A stretch of DNA of 64,000 bases from an uncultured Saprospiraceae bacterium. Lineage in GTDB: Bacteria; Bacteroidota; Bacteroidia; Chitinophagales; Saprospiraceae. The DNA lies in assembly GCA_964577215.1 (NCBI GenBank), contig CAZNYK010000002.1, forward strand, positions 9,093 to 73,092. The letters are read 5' to 3'. This document shows, in pieces, positions 27,505 to 37,624 of the stretch (positions within the stretch are counted from its first letter, which is position 1; each line of letters starts with the position of its first letter). The notes beneath the pieces are model-generated. The model made no database searches. It was given only the letters and a program-made list of their open reading frames with translations, and was not told the origin of the DNA. The position numbers and the translations under genes were made by a program.

Positions 27505-30500
27505 ATGCGCAAGTTTTTTCCTTTTAGCAGCGCTCTCTCCGTACTGGCTGCTGCCGTTCTTTTAGTTTCCTCTGTATCCTCCTGCAAAAAAAAGCCTTCG
27601 GATCCAGCTCGCCTCATTCCCGAAAGCATCGGAGCTTATGTGTATGCTTTCACATCGGGTATGGTGTCCAAAGCCGCACCTATTAAAGTACAATTTGCTG
27701 CTTCGGCAGTTGAAGCGGCATCGGTTGGCAAGGAAGCTCCCGACGGGCTGATCAGTTTCAAACCGGCCATCAAGGGCCGGGCTACCTGGGAAGACGAGCG
27801 AACATTGGCGTTCCAGCCGGAAAACATGCTGGCATCCAAAACATCCTATACTGCTACCGTCCAACTCAAGAAAATATTTAGCGGTTTGCCCCAGGATGCG
27901 GAGTCATTCAGCTTTGACTTCCGCACAAAAGACCAATACTTCAGTGTGGAAGCCGACGGCATCTCCGCCCCGGACCCGGAAAACCTGAGCAAACAGGAAA
28001 TTTCCGGAATTGTCACTACTGCCGACGTTGCCGGGGAAGACGAACTGCCCGGCCTGATCACCGCCAAACAAAACGGGAAAGCCCTTCCGGTAACCTGGAC
28101 TCAAAGCGGCGATCAACTCACCCACTACTTCAGCGTGGAGAATGTGAGCCGGGGAAACAAGGCCTCCAACGTGGACTTGGCCTGGAATGGAAAACCCCTT
28201 GGCGTAACCCTGAAAGACTCCAAAAAGATCGAGGTGCCTGCCCTTGGAGATTTCAAGGTCGTGAATGCCAGGGTGGTGCAATATCCCGAGCAGTACCTGT
28301 TGCTCCATTTTTCCGATCCACTGCTCAACGGCCAAAACCTGGACGGCCTGGTCCGTCTGCAAAATGCGCCGGGAAATCTGCGTTATGTAATCAACGGCAA
28401 CCAGGTGCGGGTGTACTCCTCCCAGCGTCTTAGCGGCCGGTACACCCTTCAAGTGAGTACCTCGGTGCGCAATTTCGGCAACAAAAATATGACTAACCCA
28501 GGGACCTGGGCTGTTACCTTTGAAAACCCACAGCCTGCCGTGCGCCTGGTAGGCAACGGCGTAATCGTACCCGAATCAGACGGGCTGCTCTTCCCCTTTG
28601 AGGCCATTAGCCTGAACGCCGTGGAAGTGGAAGTTTTCAAGATTTTCAGCAACAACATCCTCCAATTCCTGCAAACCAGCGATCTGGCAGGCAATGACTA
28701 TGAAATGTTCCGCGTAGGAAGGGTGGTCATGCGGAAAAAAATCGCGCTGAGCGAGCTCAGCCCCGGTGCACGCACGCATGAATGGACGCGCTACGCGTTC
28801 GATCTGGGCCCGCTCATCGGCAAAGACCCCGCAGCTATTTACCAGGTGCGCATCGGCTTCATGCCGGAATACGCAACCACGGCCTGCCCGGGCTTACAGG
28901 TGGAGGAAGGGAACATGGTCACTGCAGAGCCCGAAACCGACGAGTTCGGCAATCCGGTCAGCATCATGGATTCCTGGTATGGCTTGAGAGGCTGGTATGA
29001 GGGTTATGAGTGGTCGGACCGAAACGACCCATGCAAGCCGGCATATTACAACGCCGACCGCTTCGTGCAACGCAATGTCTTGGCTTCCAATTTCGGCATT
29101 ATCGCCAAAGCGGGCAAGGATAACTCTATACAAGTCACCGTCTCCGATCTTCGCACGGCAGCTCCCGTATCCGGTGCGAAAGTCGAATTTTTCGATTACC
29201 AGCAGCAGCTTCTCCAGACGGTTCAAACCGACTCGAAAGGAAACGCGGCGGTGGTTATGAAAAGCAAGGCATTCATTGTGGTCGTCTCACAACAAAACCA
29301 GCGCGGCTACCTCCGCCTGGACGACGGCAATGCGCTCTCCCTGAGCAGGTTCGATGTGGCAGGCGCCGAACCCCAAAAAGGGCTGAAAGGCTTTCTGTAT
29401 GCCGAGCGCGGCGTGTGGAGGCCCGGCGATTCCATATTTCTCAATTTCCTTCTCGAGGATCGCAGCGCACAGCTCCCCCCCGATTACCCTATCACCCTGG
29501 AAGTATTCGACCCCCGCGGCCAGCTCTTCCACAAGCGCACTACCGCCAACAATATTGCCGGCCTCTACCCCCTTCACCTGAAAACCGGCACGGATGCCGC
29601 AACAGGCAACTGGACAGCAAAGGTAAAAGTGGGCGGCGCCGCGTTCAGCCGCATCTTAAAAGTTGAAACCGTAAAACCCAACAGGCTGAAAATCAACTTA
29701 GATACCGGCAAAGAAAAACTCGCAGCCGAAGATGCCTCCCTCGATGTCAGGCTGAGTTCAACCTGGCTCCACGGCGCGCCTGCCAAAAATCTGAAAGCGA
29801 TTGTAGAACTGCAACTGCGGTCTGCCAAAACTGCATTTCCCAAATATAGCCAATACGTATTCGACGACCCCAACCGCCAGTTTGAAAGCGAACCGCGCAC
29901 CGTCTTCGAAGGGAATCTCAATGCCGACGGCCAGGCGGATTTCAGCGTACAACTCCTTAATGGGCTGACTCCTCCGGGGCAACTCAGCGCCAATTTCAAG
30001 ACGCGGGTTTTTGAAAAGGGAGGAGATTTCAGCACGGACAACCTCTCACTTCCATTCATGCCTTATACACACTTGGCGGGGGTGCGGATTCCACTCAACA
30101 AATTCCAGGAAAAGCGTTTTGACCTGAAAAAAGCCGGCAAAATTTATTTGGTGGCTGTAGATGCAACCGGCAACCCCCAGCCAGGCAGAAAACTCAGCGC
30201 TGCCGTTTTCAAATCTTCCAACGATTGGTGGTGGGACGTAGGAGACGACAATATCTCCCGGTTCAATTCCGCCAATAACTTCCGGGCTGAAATGCAAACC
30301 GAATTCACCACCGGCTCGCGTGGAGAAGCCGAATGGACCTTAACCATGGAACAATGGGGGCGCTACCTGGTGCGCATTTGCGACACAGAAAGCGGACATT
30401 GTACCGGCGACTATTTCTATGCGGGTTATTCCTGGGATGAAGGCGATGACAGAAACAAGCGGGAAGCTGCTGCCATGTTGGCTGTAGCTTCTGATAAACC

Positions 30501-33114
30501 CAAGTATAATGTCGGCGAAACTGTACAATTAACCATTCCGGGCAGTGAGCCGGGCAAGGCCATCGTCTCCCTCGAGAATGGTTCGCGAGTGATACAGACT
30601 TACTGGGTGGACACGAAAAAAGGCGATAATAAATTCACTTTCAAGACAACAACTGAAATGGCGCCTACCGTATATGCCAGTGTATCGCTCGTACAGCCCC
30701 ACGCTCAAACCGTAAATGATTTGCCTATACGAATGTACGGCGTCATTCCCGTTCAAGTGGAGGACCCGGCCACGCACCTGGCGCCCAAAATCAAAATGCC
30801 CGACGAACTCAAGCCGGAAAGCACCGTGAGCATCGAGGTGTCGGAAGAGAAGGGCCGGCCCATGTCCTACACTATTGCCGTGGTAGATGACGGTTTGCTG
30901 GACCTCACCCGCTTCCAGACTCCGGCGCCCTGGGAATCTTTCTATGCTCGCGAAGCGCTTGGCGTTACTACCTGGGACGTGTACGACATGGTGCTGGGCG
31001 CGTACGGGGGGCAACTGGGTCGCATTCTCAGCATCGGGGGTGATGCAGCGCTCGTACCCGGCGCTCAACCTCAGGCTATAAGGTTTAAACCCGTAGTAGT
31101 ACATCTCGGACCATTTCATCTCAAAAAAGGAGAAAAAGCAAAACACGCCATTAATATCCCCAACTACGTGGGCTCTGTCCGCACCATGGTGATAGCCGGA
31201 TACAAAGGGGCCTACGGCAGCGCAGAAAAAACCACGCCGGTGAAAAAGCCGCTGATGGTATTGGCCACTGTGCCGCGCGTACTTAGCCCGGGAGAAACCT
31301 TCAAGTTGCCGGTCAACGTATTTGCCATGGACAAAAAAGTGCGCGATGTTGTAGTGTCCATAAGTGAAAAAGGTGGAATGACCCAAATCGGCGGTGAATC
31401 CAGGCAAAGTCTTTCGTTTAACAAACCCGGCGATGCATTGGTCGAGTTTGAGATTAAAGTAAAAGAAGTCACCGGCGTAGCCAGATTCAGGATAACGGCC
31501 CAGGGCGGCGGCGAAAGCGCAAGCCAGGACATTGAAGTACAGGTGCGCAACCCCAACCCGTACGTCTCGAAGGTGTATGCAAAAGTGCTGGAAGCCGGCC
31601 AGGAATGGAAGGAGAGCTTCGATGCCGCAGGCATGAGGGGCACCAACACCGGCATGCTCGAATTATCGTCCATTCCGCCTATAAATCTCGGTGAACGCCT
31701 GGAGTATTTGATACAGTATCCTTACGGCTGCTTAGAGCAGACGCTATCCGGCGGTTTCCCGCAATTGTACGTAAACAAACTCATCGAGCTGAACGAGAAC
31801 CAGCGCAAAAGCGTACCGGAAAACATCAAAGCCACTATTGAAAGACTACGCAAATTCCAGACCGGGAACGGCGGATTTGCATATTGGCCGGGCAACAGCG
31901 TTCCCGACCAATGGTCTTCATCTTATGCAGGCCACTTCCTGCTCGAAGCCAAAGCGCTGGGGTACACCATACCCGATAACGTTCTTGACAACTGGCTCAA
32001 ATTCCAGAAAAAAGCAGCGCGCGTCTGGGATCCCAAATTAGAGGAATACGGATTCGACAACCAGGGCAGCTTTGAGTTGAGCCAGGCTTATCGCTTGTAC
32101 ACCCTCGCCTTAGCCAAATCGCCCGACCTGGCAGCCATGAACAGGCTCCGCGAATCCCCAAAACTCGCTCTCCAGGCCCGTTGGAGCTTGGCCGCCGCTT
32201 ATGCAACTGCCGGCAAGCAGGAAATTGCCAAAGAAATTATGAAAAACCTCAGCCGTAAGATCGAGCCTTACACAGAGTTATCCTACACATATGGATCCGA
32301 CTTGCGAGACCGGGCCATCATACTGGAAACAATGTTGTTGGCCGGCGACAAGACCGGCGCAGCAGAACTGGTCAAGTACATCTCCGAACAATTGAGCGGA
32401 GGCCGCTGGTACGGCACCCAAACCATCTCCTGGGCACTCATGGCCGTAGGCAAATACGCGGGCCAGGCAGGCGCAGGCAAAGGCTTGCAATTTAGCTACA
32501 AACTCGGCGGCCAGCAATTGGTGAACGCCGGGGCCAATGCCCCGATGATGCAGGTGAAGGTACCTGTAGACGGCGCCCAAAAGGAAGTTGCCGTAAAAAA
32601 TACGGGTAAAGGCATAATGTTCGCCCGCCTCATCCTGCGAGGGCAGCCTGTAGTGGGTGATACTAAGGCCGAATCGAATGACCTCAATATCGCAGTGAGT
32701 TATAAAAACATGAACGGCTCGCCCATTGATATCAAGGCATTGACCCAGGGAACAGATTTCTACGCAGAAGTAAAAGTAACCCATCCGGGCAAGCGGCCCC
32801 TACCCTACCGGGAACTGGCGCTGGCGCAGGTTTTCCCCTCCGGTTGGGAGATCATCAATTCGCGTTTAGACGGTATCGAGGGCGCCGTATCGCCCAGCAG
32901 CGCAGACTATGTAGACATCAGGGATGACAGGGTCAATACATTTTTCGGACTCAGAGAGAGGGAAAGCAGAACCTACCGCGTGCAACTGAATGCTGCATAC
33001 CAGGGGCGCTTTTACCTTCCCTCCACGAGCTGCGAGGCCATGTACGACAACTCGATCTCGGCGCGGTATCCGGGGCAATGGGTAACGGTAATTTCGGGAG
33101 CGGACAGCATTTGA
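27505..33114 (+). CDS. alpha-2-macroglobulin family lipoprotein with intact thioester motif
   Basis: Lipoprotein signal MRKFFPFSSALSVLAAAVLLVSSVSSCKK at ATG 27505. About 1870 aa. Thioester YPYGCLEQTLSG, with CLEQ at 31729-31740. The track's upstream extension (27103-27504) overlaps the LON gene on the other strand. Confidence 0.9.
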   Translation: MRKFFPFSSALSVLAAAVLLVSSVSSCKKKPSDPARLIPESIGAYVYAFTSGMVSKAAPIKVQFAASAVEAASVGKEAPDGLISFKPAIKGRATWEDERTLAFQPENMLASKTSYTATVQLKKIFSGLPQDAESFSFDFRTKDQYFSVEADGISAPDPENLSKQEISGIVTTADVAGEDELPGLITAKQNGKALPVTWTQSGDQLTHYFSVENVSRGNKASNVDLAWNGKPLGVTLKDSKKIEVPALGDFKVVNARVVQYPEQYLLLHFSDPLLNGQNLDGLVRLQNAPGNLRYVINGNQVRVYSSQRLSGRYTLQVSTSVRNFGNKNMTNPGTWAVTFENPQPAVRLVGNGVIVPESDGLLFPFEAISLNAVEVEVFKIFSNNILQFLQTSDLAGNDYEMFRVGRVVMRKKIALSELSPGARTHEWTRYAFDLGPLIGKDPAAIYQVRIGFMPEYATTACPGLQVEEGNMVTAEPETDEFGNPVSIMDSWYGLRGWYEGYEWSDRNDPCKPAYYNADRFVQRNVLASNFGIIAKAGKDNSIQVTVSDLRTAAPVSGAKVEFFDYQQQLLQTVQTDSKGNAAVVMKSKAFIVVVSQQNQRGYLRLDDGNALSLSRFDVAGAEPQKGLKGFLYAERGVWRPGDSIFLNFLLEDRSAQLPPDYPITLEVFDPRGQLFHKRTTANNIAGLYPLHLKTGTDAATGNWTAKVKVGGAAFSRILKVETVKPNRLKINLDTGKEKLAAEDASLDVRLSSTWLHGAPAKNLKAIVELQLRSAKTAFPKYSQYVFDDPNRQFESEPRTVFEGNLNADGQADFSVQLLNGLTPPGQLSANFKTRVFEKGGDFSTDNLSLPFMPYTHLAGVRIPLNKFQEKRFDLKKAGKIYLVAVDATGNPQPGRKLSAAVFKSSNDWWWDVGDDNISRFNSANNFRAEMQTEFTTGSRGEAEWTLTMEQWGRYLVRICDTESGHCTGDYFYAGYSWDEGDDRNKREAAAMLAVASDKPKYNVGETVQLTIPGSEPGKAIVSLENGSRVIQTYWVDTKKGDNKFTFKTTTEMAPTVYASVSLVQPHAQTVNDLPIRMYGVIPVQVEDPATHLAPKIKMPDELKPESTVSIEVSEEKGRPMSYTIAVVDDGLLDLTRFQTPAPWESFYAREALGVTTWDVYDMVLGAYGGQLGRILSIGGDAALVPGAQPQAIRFKPVVVHLGPFHLKKGEKAKHAINIPNYVGSVRTMVIAGYKGAYGSAEKTTPVKKPLMVLATVPRVLSPGETFKLPVNVFAMDKKVRDVVVSISEKGGMTQIGGESRQSLSFNKPGDALVEFEIKVKEVTGVARFRITAQGGGESASQDIEVQVRNPNPYVSKVYAKVLEAGQEWKESFDAAGMRGTNTGMLELSSIPPINLGERLEYLIQYPYGCLEQTLSGGFPQLYVNKLIELNENQRKSVPENIKATIERLRKFQTGNGGFAYWPGNSVPDQWSSSYAGHFLLEAKALGYTIPDNVLDNWLKFQKKAARVWDPKLEEYGFDNQGSFELSQAYRLYTLALAKSPDLAAMNRLRESPKLALQARWSLAAAYATAGKQEIAKEIMKNLSRKIEPYTELSYTYGSDLRDRAIILETMLLAGDKTGAAELVKYISEQLSGGRWYGTQTISWALMAVGKYAGQAGAGKGLQFSYKLGGQQLVNAGANAPMMQVKVPVDGAQKEVAVKNTGKGIMFARLILRGQPVVGDTKAESNDLNIAVSYKNMNGSPIDIKALTQGTDFYAEVKVTHPGKRPLPYRELALAQVFPSGWEIINSRLDGIEGAVSPSSADYVDIRDDRVNTFFGLRERESRTYRVQLNAAYQGRFYLPSTSCEAMYDNSISARYPGQWVTVISGADSI

Positions 33115-33165
33115 AAGCAGAACTCATCCTTTCGTGCTGCCTTGACTTAACACATAGGTTTTTTT

Positions 33166-33173
33166 TATCTTTG
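33166..33173 (+). promoter_or_regulatory. candidate promoter: TTG (33142-33144) + 21 nt + TATCTTTG
   Basis: Matches the Bacteroidota TTTG-N19-21-TAnnTTTG architecture. It lies 81 nt upstream of the WG-repeat gene ATG. Confidence 0.4.
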
Positions 33174-33253
33174 TATCCTCGCCGGATACTTTCGCGTATG
33201 GCCTTTCGTTTATTAACGGCAGCCTGATACCAGATTACCGCTCTCGACGGCCT

Positions 33254-36200
33254 ATGAAAAGATTGATTATTATCGTACTGTGTGCGTTTGTATCTGGTCT
33301 GTTGACAGCCCAACAGGCATTCCCCGTAAAAGTGAATAAAAAGTGGGGACTAATAGATGCCGGCGGCCGGATCATCCTGCCCCCTGCATACGACGCTATA
33401 GGAGAATTCAAGCACTTCGGGTTTGCCGCCATGCAGCGCAACGGCAAGGTTGGTCTTTTGGATGAACAGGGTAAAGAAGTTGTGCGCCCCGTTTACGAAG
33501 ACCTGAAAATGATAGACTCTTACCGCGTTGCGGTTATGGATGGAGGACAGTGGATGATCGTGGATCTACAGGGGCGAACGGTACTCGAAAAGGGCTATGA
33601 ACGGGTCAAAGTCATGGAGGGCGGTTACCTCGCCTTCATGAAAGGCAAAAAATGGGGCATTGTAGATGATTTGGGCCGGAGTATTTCCGCGCCGGTTTTT
33701 GATGAGGTCAGGCAGGAGCCGAAGGGTTATTTCCTTACGCTCAAGTCGGAAAAATACGGCCTGCTGGCTGCGGATGGCCGGGAGATCATTCCCAACTCCG
33801 CCGAGTCGATCCAACTGCAAAGCGACAGCCTGATATTCTTCCAGGTCAATGGCCATTGGGGCGCTATCGACTACGCGGGAAAGGTGCTGGTACCTCCCCG
33901 GTTTGACGGCTACCAGATTGTCTCCGACCAGTTTGTCAAATGGGTGGCCGCCGGCAAGGCCTATTTGTATTCTATCCCATGTTCAAGTCTTCTCACCACA
34001 GGAGAGTACGATAATTTCTTCCCCTTCTCCCGCCGCTTCGCTCTCGCGCGGAAAGGCAAACAACTTGGGCTGCTTGACTGGTGCGGCGCCACGGCGCTCG
34101 ATGCCATTTACGATGAAATACAGCCTCTGAGCAACAAGGCATTCCGCGTGCAACGCCAGGGCAAATGGGGTATCCATGCCGCTCAGGGAAAGGAACTTAC
34201 GCCGCTCCGCTACGATTACATAGCTCCGCCCAAAGGCGCTGTCAGCATTGTCAAACTCAACGGGCGCTACGGCCTCCTCAATACGGATGGGCAGGAAATT
34301 GCAGCGCCGGAATACCTCAGGATCGAAATAGAAGATAACTCGGCAAAAGCTTACAGGAAAAGCGAAGGCGGGGGTGAAAATCTCACCTTGCTGGAATGGG
34401 ATGAACAGGGCCGCCTCTCGGACAACAACAACTTCAGCAGGCATTTTCGCATCAGGATCGGAAGCCCCTCAGATCAACCTGTAGGAGGCCCCGGCCTGGA
34501 GGAAAATAACTACCTGTTGGACGATTTCGAGTGGTTTTACGCGCCCGCCAAAGATCGCTGGGGATTGCGCAAACTCTCAGATGGCAGCATCCAGATCGAA
34601 CCCAAATTCAACAGCATCCAGATTTTTCCCGATTTGGGTTTTACTCTTGTCGGAATGAATCAAAATATCAGGGGAGACTACGAACGCACTACTTTCCGCT
34701 TCGAAGCGGTTTTCGGCTTAGTGAGCAATTCACTGGGGCGCCTTGTCACAGAACCTGTCTTCCTGGATATTCGCTTCGATGACTTCAAGCAGGGTTTTCC
34801 CATGGCCCGTTGCGTATTTTCAAACGGCAAACATGGTCTGATAGATCGCATCGGGCGCATCGTGCGACGCGACCTTGCATATATCGGTGATTTTAATGAA
34901 GGCTTGGCCCGTTTCGCGGCCTATGGAAGTCTCTCCGGGAGTATGAAACCCGAAGGCAATCTGGGGCGCCTGAAAGACTACTTCACAGGATTGAAAGCTC
35001 CCGCCTTTATGGTAGATTACACCGAATACGATCAAATATTTCAAAGGGAAGCATGGTTGATCTGCCAGGACTGCCAGTGGGGATATATCGATACCTCCGG
35101 GCAGATTTCCGTGGCAGCGCAGTATGCCTATGCAAAAGATTTTGTCAACGGCGTAGGTATCGTGGAGTGCGATGGTAAATGGGGAATGGTCAACCGCAGT
35201 GCAGAAATAATCCTCCCCTGCCGGTATGACGGCGTGCAATTTTTGGAAAATACCGGCAACCGGATCGTGCGCGTGTACATACACCAGCCCAAATACGGTT
35301 TGATCGATACCCTGGGACGACTGACGGTAAGCGCCATTTACGATGAAATCGGCTCCTTTCGCGAAGGGCGTCTGGCAGTTAAGCGCAACGGCATGTGGGG
35401 CTATGTGGACAGAGACGGGTTAGAAGTGATACCCTGCCGTTTTCGGGACGCCCAACCTTTCAGCGAGGGGCTCGCCGCTGTCAAGCTGGGGCGCTTTTGG
35501 GGGTACATCGACAAACAAGGCAATACCGACATCGAATTTGCGCTTTCCAGGGCCGGCAGCTTTCACGAGGGCTTTGCATGGGCGCAAGCCTCCAACGGCT
35601 ATGGGTTTATTGACAATACGGGGAAATTTGTCATCGAGGACAAGTTTGAACGCGCTTTCGATTATCAAAACGGGATCGCCAGAGTGGTTTCAGGCGGGAA
35701 AACCGGGCTGATCGATTTGCAGGGAAGATATACGCTACGCCCCAAATACCAGGAAATTCAGCCCTTTGACATACATGGGCTGGCGCTGGTGCGATATGGA
35801 AAGAAAAACGTCCGGTATGGCATCGTCGATAGAAACGGGAGCATGATAACCCGCCGCCATTTCAGGGAAATCCGGCCCTTCCGGGAGGGACTGGCCGCTA
35901 TTAGAATCAGAGACAACTTCGGTTTCATCGATACCACTGGAAAGATTGCCATTCCAGGCCTGTTTTCAAAAGTTTCAGATTTTTCAAGCGAACGGGCCGC
36001 CGTACAAAGAGAGGGACGGTGCGGATACATCGACCCCTCCGGCAATATCATTGTGCCGCTGGAATATTCCCGTTGTTTAGACTATGAGCAAGGCAAAGCC
36101 ATTGCCTACAAAGGATTGCGGCAGGCTTACCTCCTCGACATAGCCGGTAACGCTACGATGGAACAGGGATTTGGCGACAGATTGCTTCGCTTTTCCGACG

Positions 36201-36586
36201 GCCGCGGCCTCATGCGCACCGATGACTACACCTTTTACTATATTACCGAGCAAAGCGGCGCATACAGCGATTATTACCGCAATGCAGGCCCTTTCCGGCA
36301 CGGAGTTGCAGTGGTGGAAACCAACGGCAAATGGGGCGTAATCGACCAACGCGGTATTGCCATCATTCCACCGAAGTACGACCGCATCGAGTCATTTGAA
36401 AACGGATATGCAAAGGTGCGCATCCTCGGCTTCAGCGGCCTGACCAACCTCAACGGCGAACTCATCGTACAGCCTGATTACGAGTATATTTCATATGCCG
36501 GCGAAGGGTTGTTCCGCGTTGAGCAGGGAGATAAAATCGGCTATTTCGACCAGGAGGGAAAATGGGTGTGGGATCTCGCGCAGTAA
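33254..36586 (+). CDS. WG-repeat (KWG) protein, secreted, 1110 aa
   Basis: Signal peptide MKRLIIIVLCAFVSGLLTAQQ. Dozens of about 35-40-aa repeats of the form (K/G)KWG(L/I/Y)ID..G..(I/V)(I/V)P..YD.I..F run along the whole length. Confidence 0.85.
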   Translation: MKRLIIIVLCAFVSGLLTAQQAFPVKVNKKWGLIDAGGRIILPPAYDAIGEFKHFGFAAMQRNGKVGLLDEQGKEVVRPVYEDLKMIDSYRVAVMDGGQWMIVDLQGRTVLEKGYERVKVMEGGYLAFMKGKKWGIVDDLGRSISAPVFDEVRQEPKGYFLTLKSEKYGLLAADGREIIPNSAESIQLQSDSLIFFQVNGHWGAIDYAGKVLVPPRFDGYQIVSDQFVKWVAAGKAYLYSIPCSSLLTTGEYDNFFPFSRRFALARKGKQLGLLDWCGATALDAIYDEIQPLSNKAFRVQRQGKWGIHAAQGKELTPLRYDYIAPPKGAVSIVKLNGRYGLLNTDGQEIAAPEYLRIEIEDNSAKAYRKSEGGGENLTLLEWDEQGRLSDNNNFSRHFRIRIGSPSDQPVGGPGLEENNYLLDDFEWFYAPAKDRWGLRKLSDGSIQIEPKFNSIQIFPDLGFTLVGMNQNIRGDYERTTFRFEAVFGLVSNSLGRLVTEPVFLDIRFDDFKQGFPMARCVFSNGKHGLIDRIGRIVRRDLAYIGDFNEGLARFAAYGSLSGSMKPEGNLGRLKDYFTGLKAPAFMVDYTEYDQIFQREAWLICQDCQWGYIDTSGQISVAAQYAYAKDFVNGVGIVECDGKWGMVNRSAEIILPCRYDGVQFLENTGNRIVRVYIHQPKYGLIDTLGRLTVSAIYDEIGSFREGRLAVKRNGMWGYVDRDGLEVIPCRFRDAQPFSEGLAAVKLGRFWGYIDKQGNTDIEFALSRAGSFHEGFAWAQASNGYGFIDNTGKFVIEDKFERAFDYQNGIARVVSGGKTGLIDLQGRYTLRPKYQEIQPFDIHGLALVRYGKKNVRYGIVDRNGSMITRRHFREIRPFREGLAAIRIRDNFGFIDTTGKIAIPGLFSKVSDFSSERAAVQREGRCGYIDPSGNIIVPLEYSRCLDYEQGKAIAYKGLRQAYLLDIAGNATMEQGFGDRLLRFSDGRGLMRTDDYTFYYITEQSGAYSDYYRNAGPFRHGVAVVETNGKWGVIDQRGIAIIPPKYDRIESFENGYAKVRILGFSGLTNLNGELIVQPDYEYISYAGEGLFRVEQGDKIGYFDQEGKWVWDLAQ

Positions 36587-36659
36587 TGGTTCCTCCTCAA
36601 AAGATTAGGACGGTTTTAACTTTCCCCCTACCTTGCAGCCTGAACAATCCTCTACTACT

Positions 36660-37130
36660 ATGGACCAACTCGATTCTCTGAATCAGGTGGCTGAATTCCA
36701 CCGCACCTTTAAACACCCCATTGAATCCAAGCCGGTCATTCCCGCCCCCGAACGCTGCAAACTACGCGTGGCATTGCTGGCTGAGGAACTCGGCGAATTG
36801 GAAGAAGCTATCGCTGCAAACGACATCGTAGCCGTAGCTGATGCCCTGTGCGATCTGCAATACGTGCTTAGCGGCGCCGTGCTTGAATTCGGATTGGGAG
36901 AAAAATTTCGCCGTCTCTTCGACGAAGTCCAGCGATCCAACATGAGCAAAGTGTGCCATACGGTCGAGGAAGCAGAGGCTACTGTAAAATACTATCAGGA
37001 AACGAGAGGCATTTCCTGTTTTTACCGCCAGGAAGACGGCGTGTTTTTGGTATACCGGAGTGAAGACCTCAAAACGCTGAAGTCCGTCTTCTATTCTCCC
37101 GCCAACCTGGAGAGCATTTTGGAAGACTGA
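36660..37130 (+). CDS. MazG-like nucleotide pyrophosphohydrolase family protein
   Basis: The all-alpha EExxE-type block RVALLAEELGELEEAIAANDIVAVADALCDLQYVL is typical of small MazG/HisE-like NTP-PPases. Confidence 0.6.
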   Translation: MDQLDSLNQVAEFHRTFKHPIESKPVIPAPERCKLRVALLAEELGELEEAIAANDIVAVADALCDLQYVLSGAVLEFGLGEKFRRLFDEVQRSNMSKVCHTVEEAEATVKYYQETRGISCFYRQEDGVFLVYRSEDLKTLKSVFYSPANLESILED

Positions 37131-37170
37131 AGATAATTGCATAGCTTTGCCCCAAGCAGCAATTCATACT

Positions 37171-37623
37171 ATGGCTACTAAAAAACAACTGGCGATGCTC
37201 ACTGAAGATATCACACCGGCAAAACAACCGCGGGTAGTAACCAATACCATCACTTTCTCATCCGATATGGAGTCCCTCTTTATTGTGGATGACGGCAAGG
37301 CCTCTTCTTTTAATCTCTCCCACCCCAACGGCGTCATTGTAGGCACATTGCGTGGGCAGGTGGTGGCAGGTACTGCAGAGAGCGCCCCTGACGACAGCGA
37401 GGTGTTGCAGAAAGTTGTCATTTCCCTCCAACGCGCCCAATGGACCGCCTTTTACCGCCGTCCTACCCAAACGCTCAATGTGATTGGGGCAACCGATATT
37501 GACCTGGGACTAATGGCCGACAAGGAGGGCAAGGCTACCGTGCACCGCTTCCTCATAGGAGGCAATGCCGTTCACCTGCACCGTAGCGGCAACACCCTTA
37601 CCATCAGTCTTATCAAATCCTGA
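37171..37623 (+). CDS. hypothetical protein
   Basis: About 150-aa ORF (ATG 37171; the track uses TTG 37147), 40 nt after the MazG-like gene. No motif recognised. Confidence 0.4.
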   Translation: MATKKQLAMLTEDITPAKQPRVVTNTITFSSDMESLFIVDDGKASSFNLSHPNGVIVGTLRGQVVAGTAESAPDDSEVLQKVVISLQRAQWTAFYRRPTQTLNVIGATDIDLGLMADKEGKATVHRFLIGGNAVHLHRSGNTLTISLIKS

Positions 37624-37624
37624 T

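Noticed and set aside
30529-31407. 292-aa minus-strand ORF inside the alpha-2-macroglobulin gene
   Set aside because: Antisense artefact within a continuous 1869-aa gene that has domain motifs throughout.
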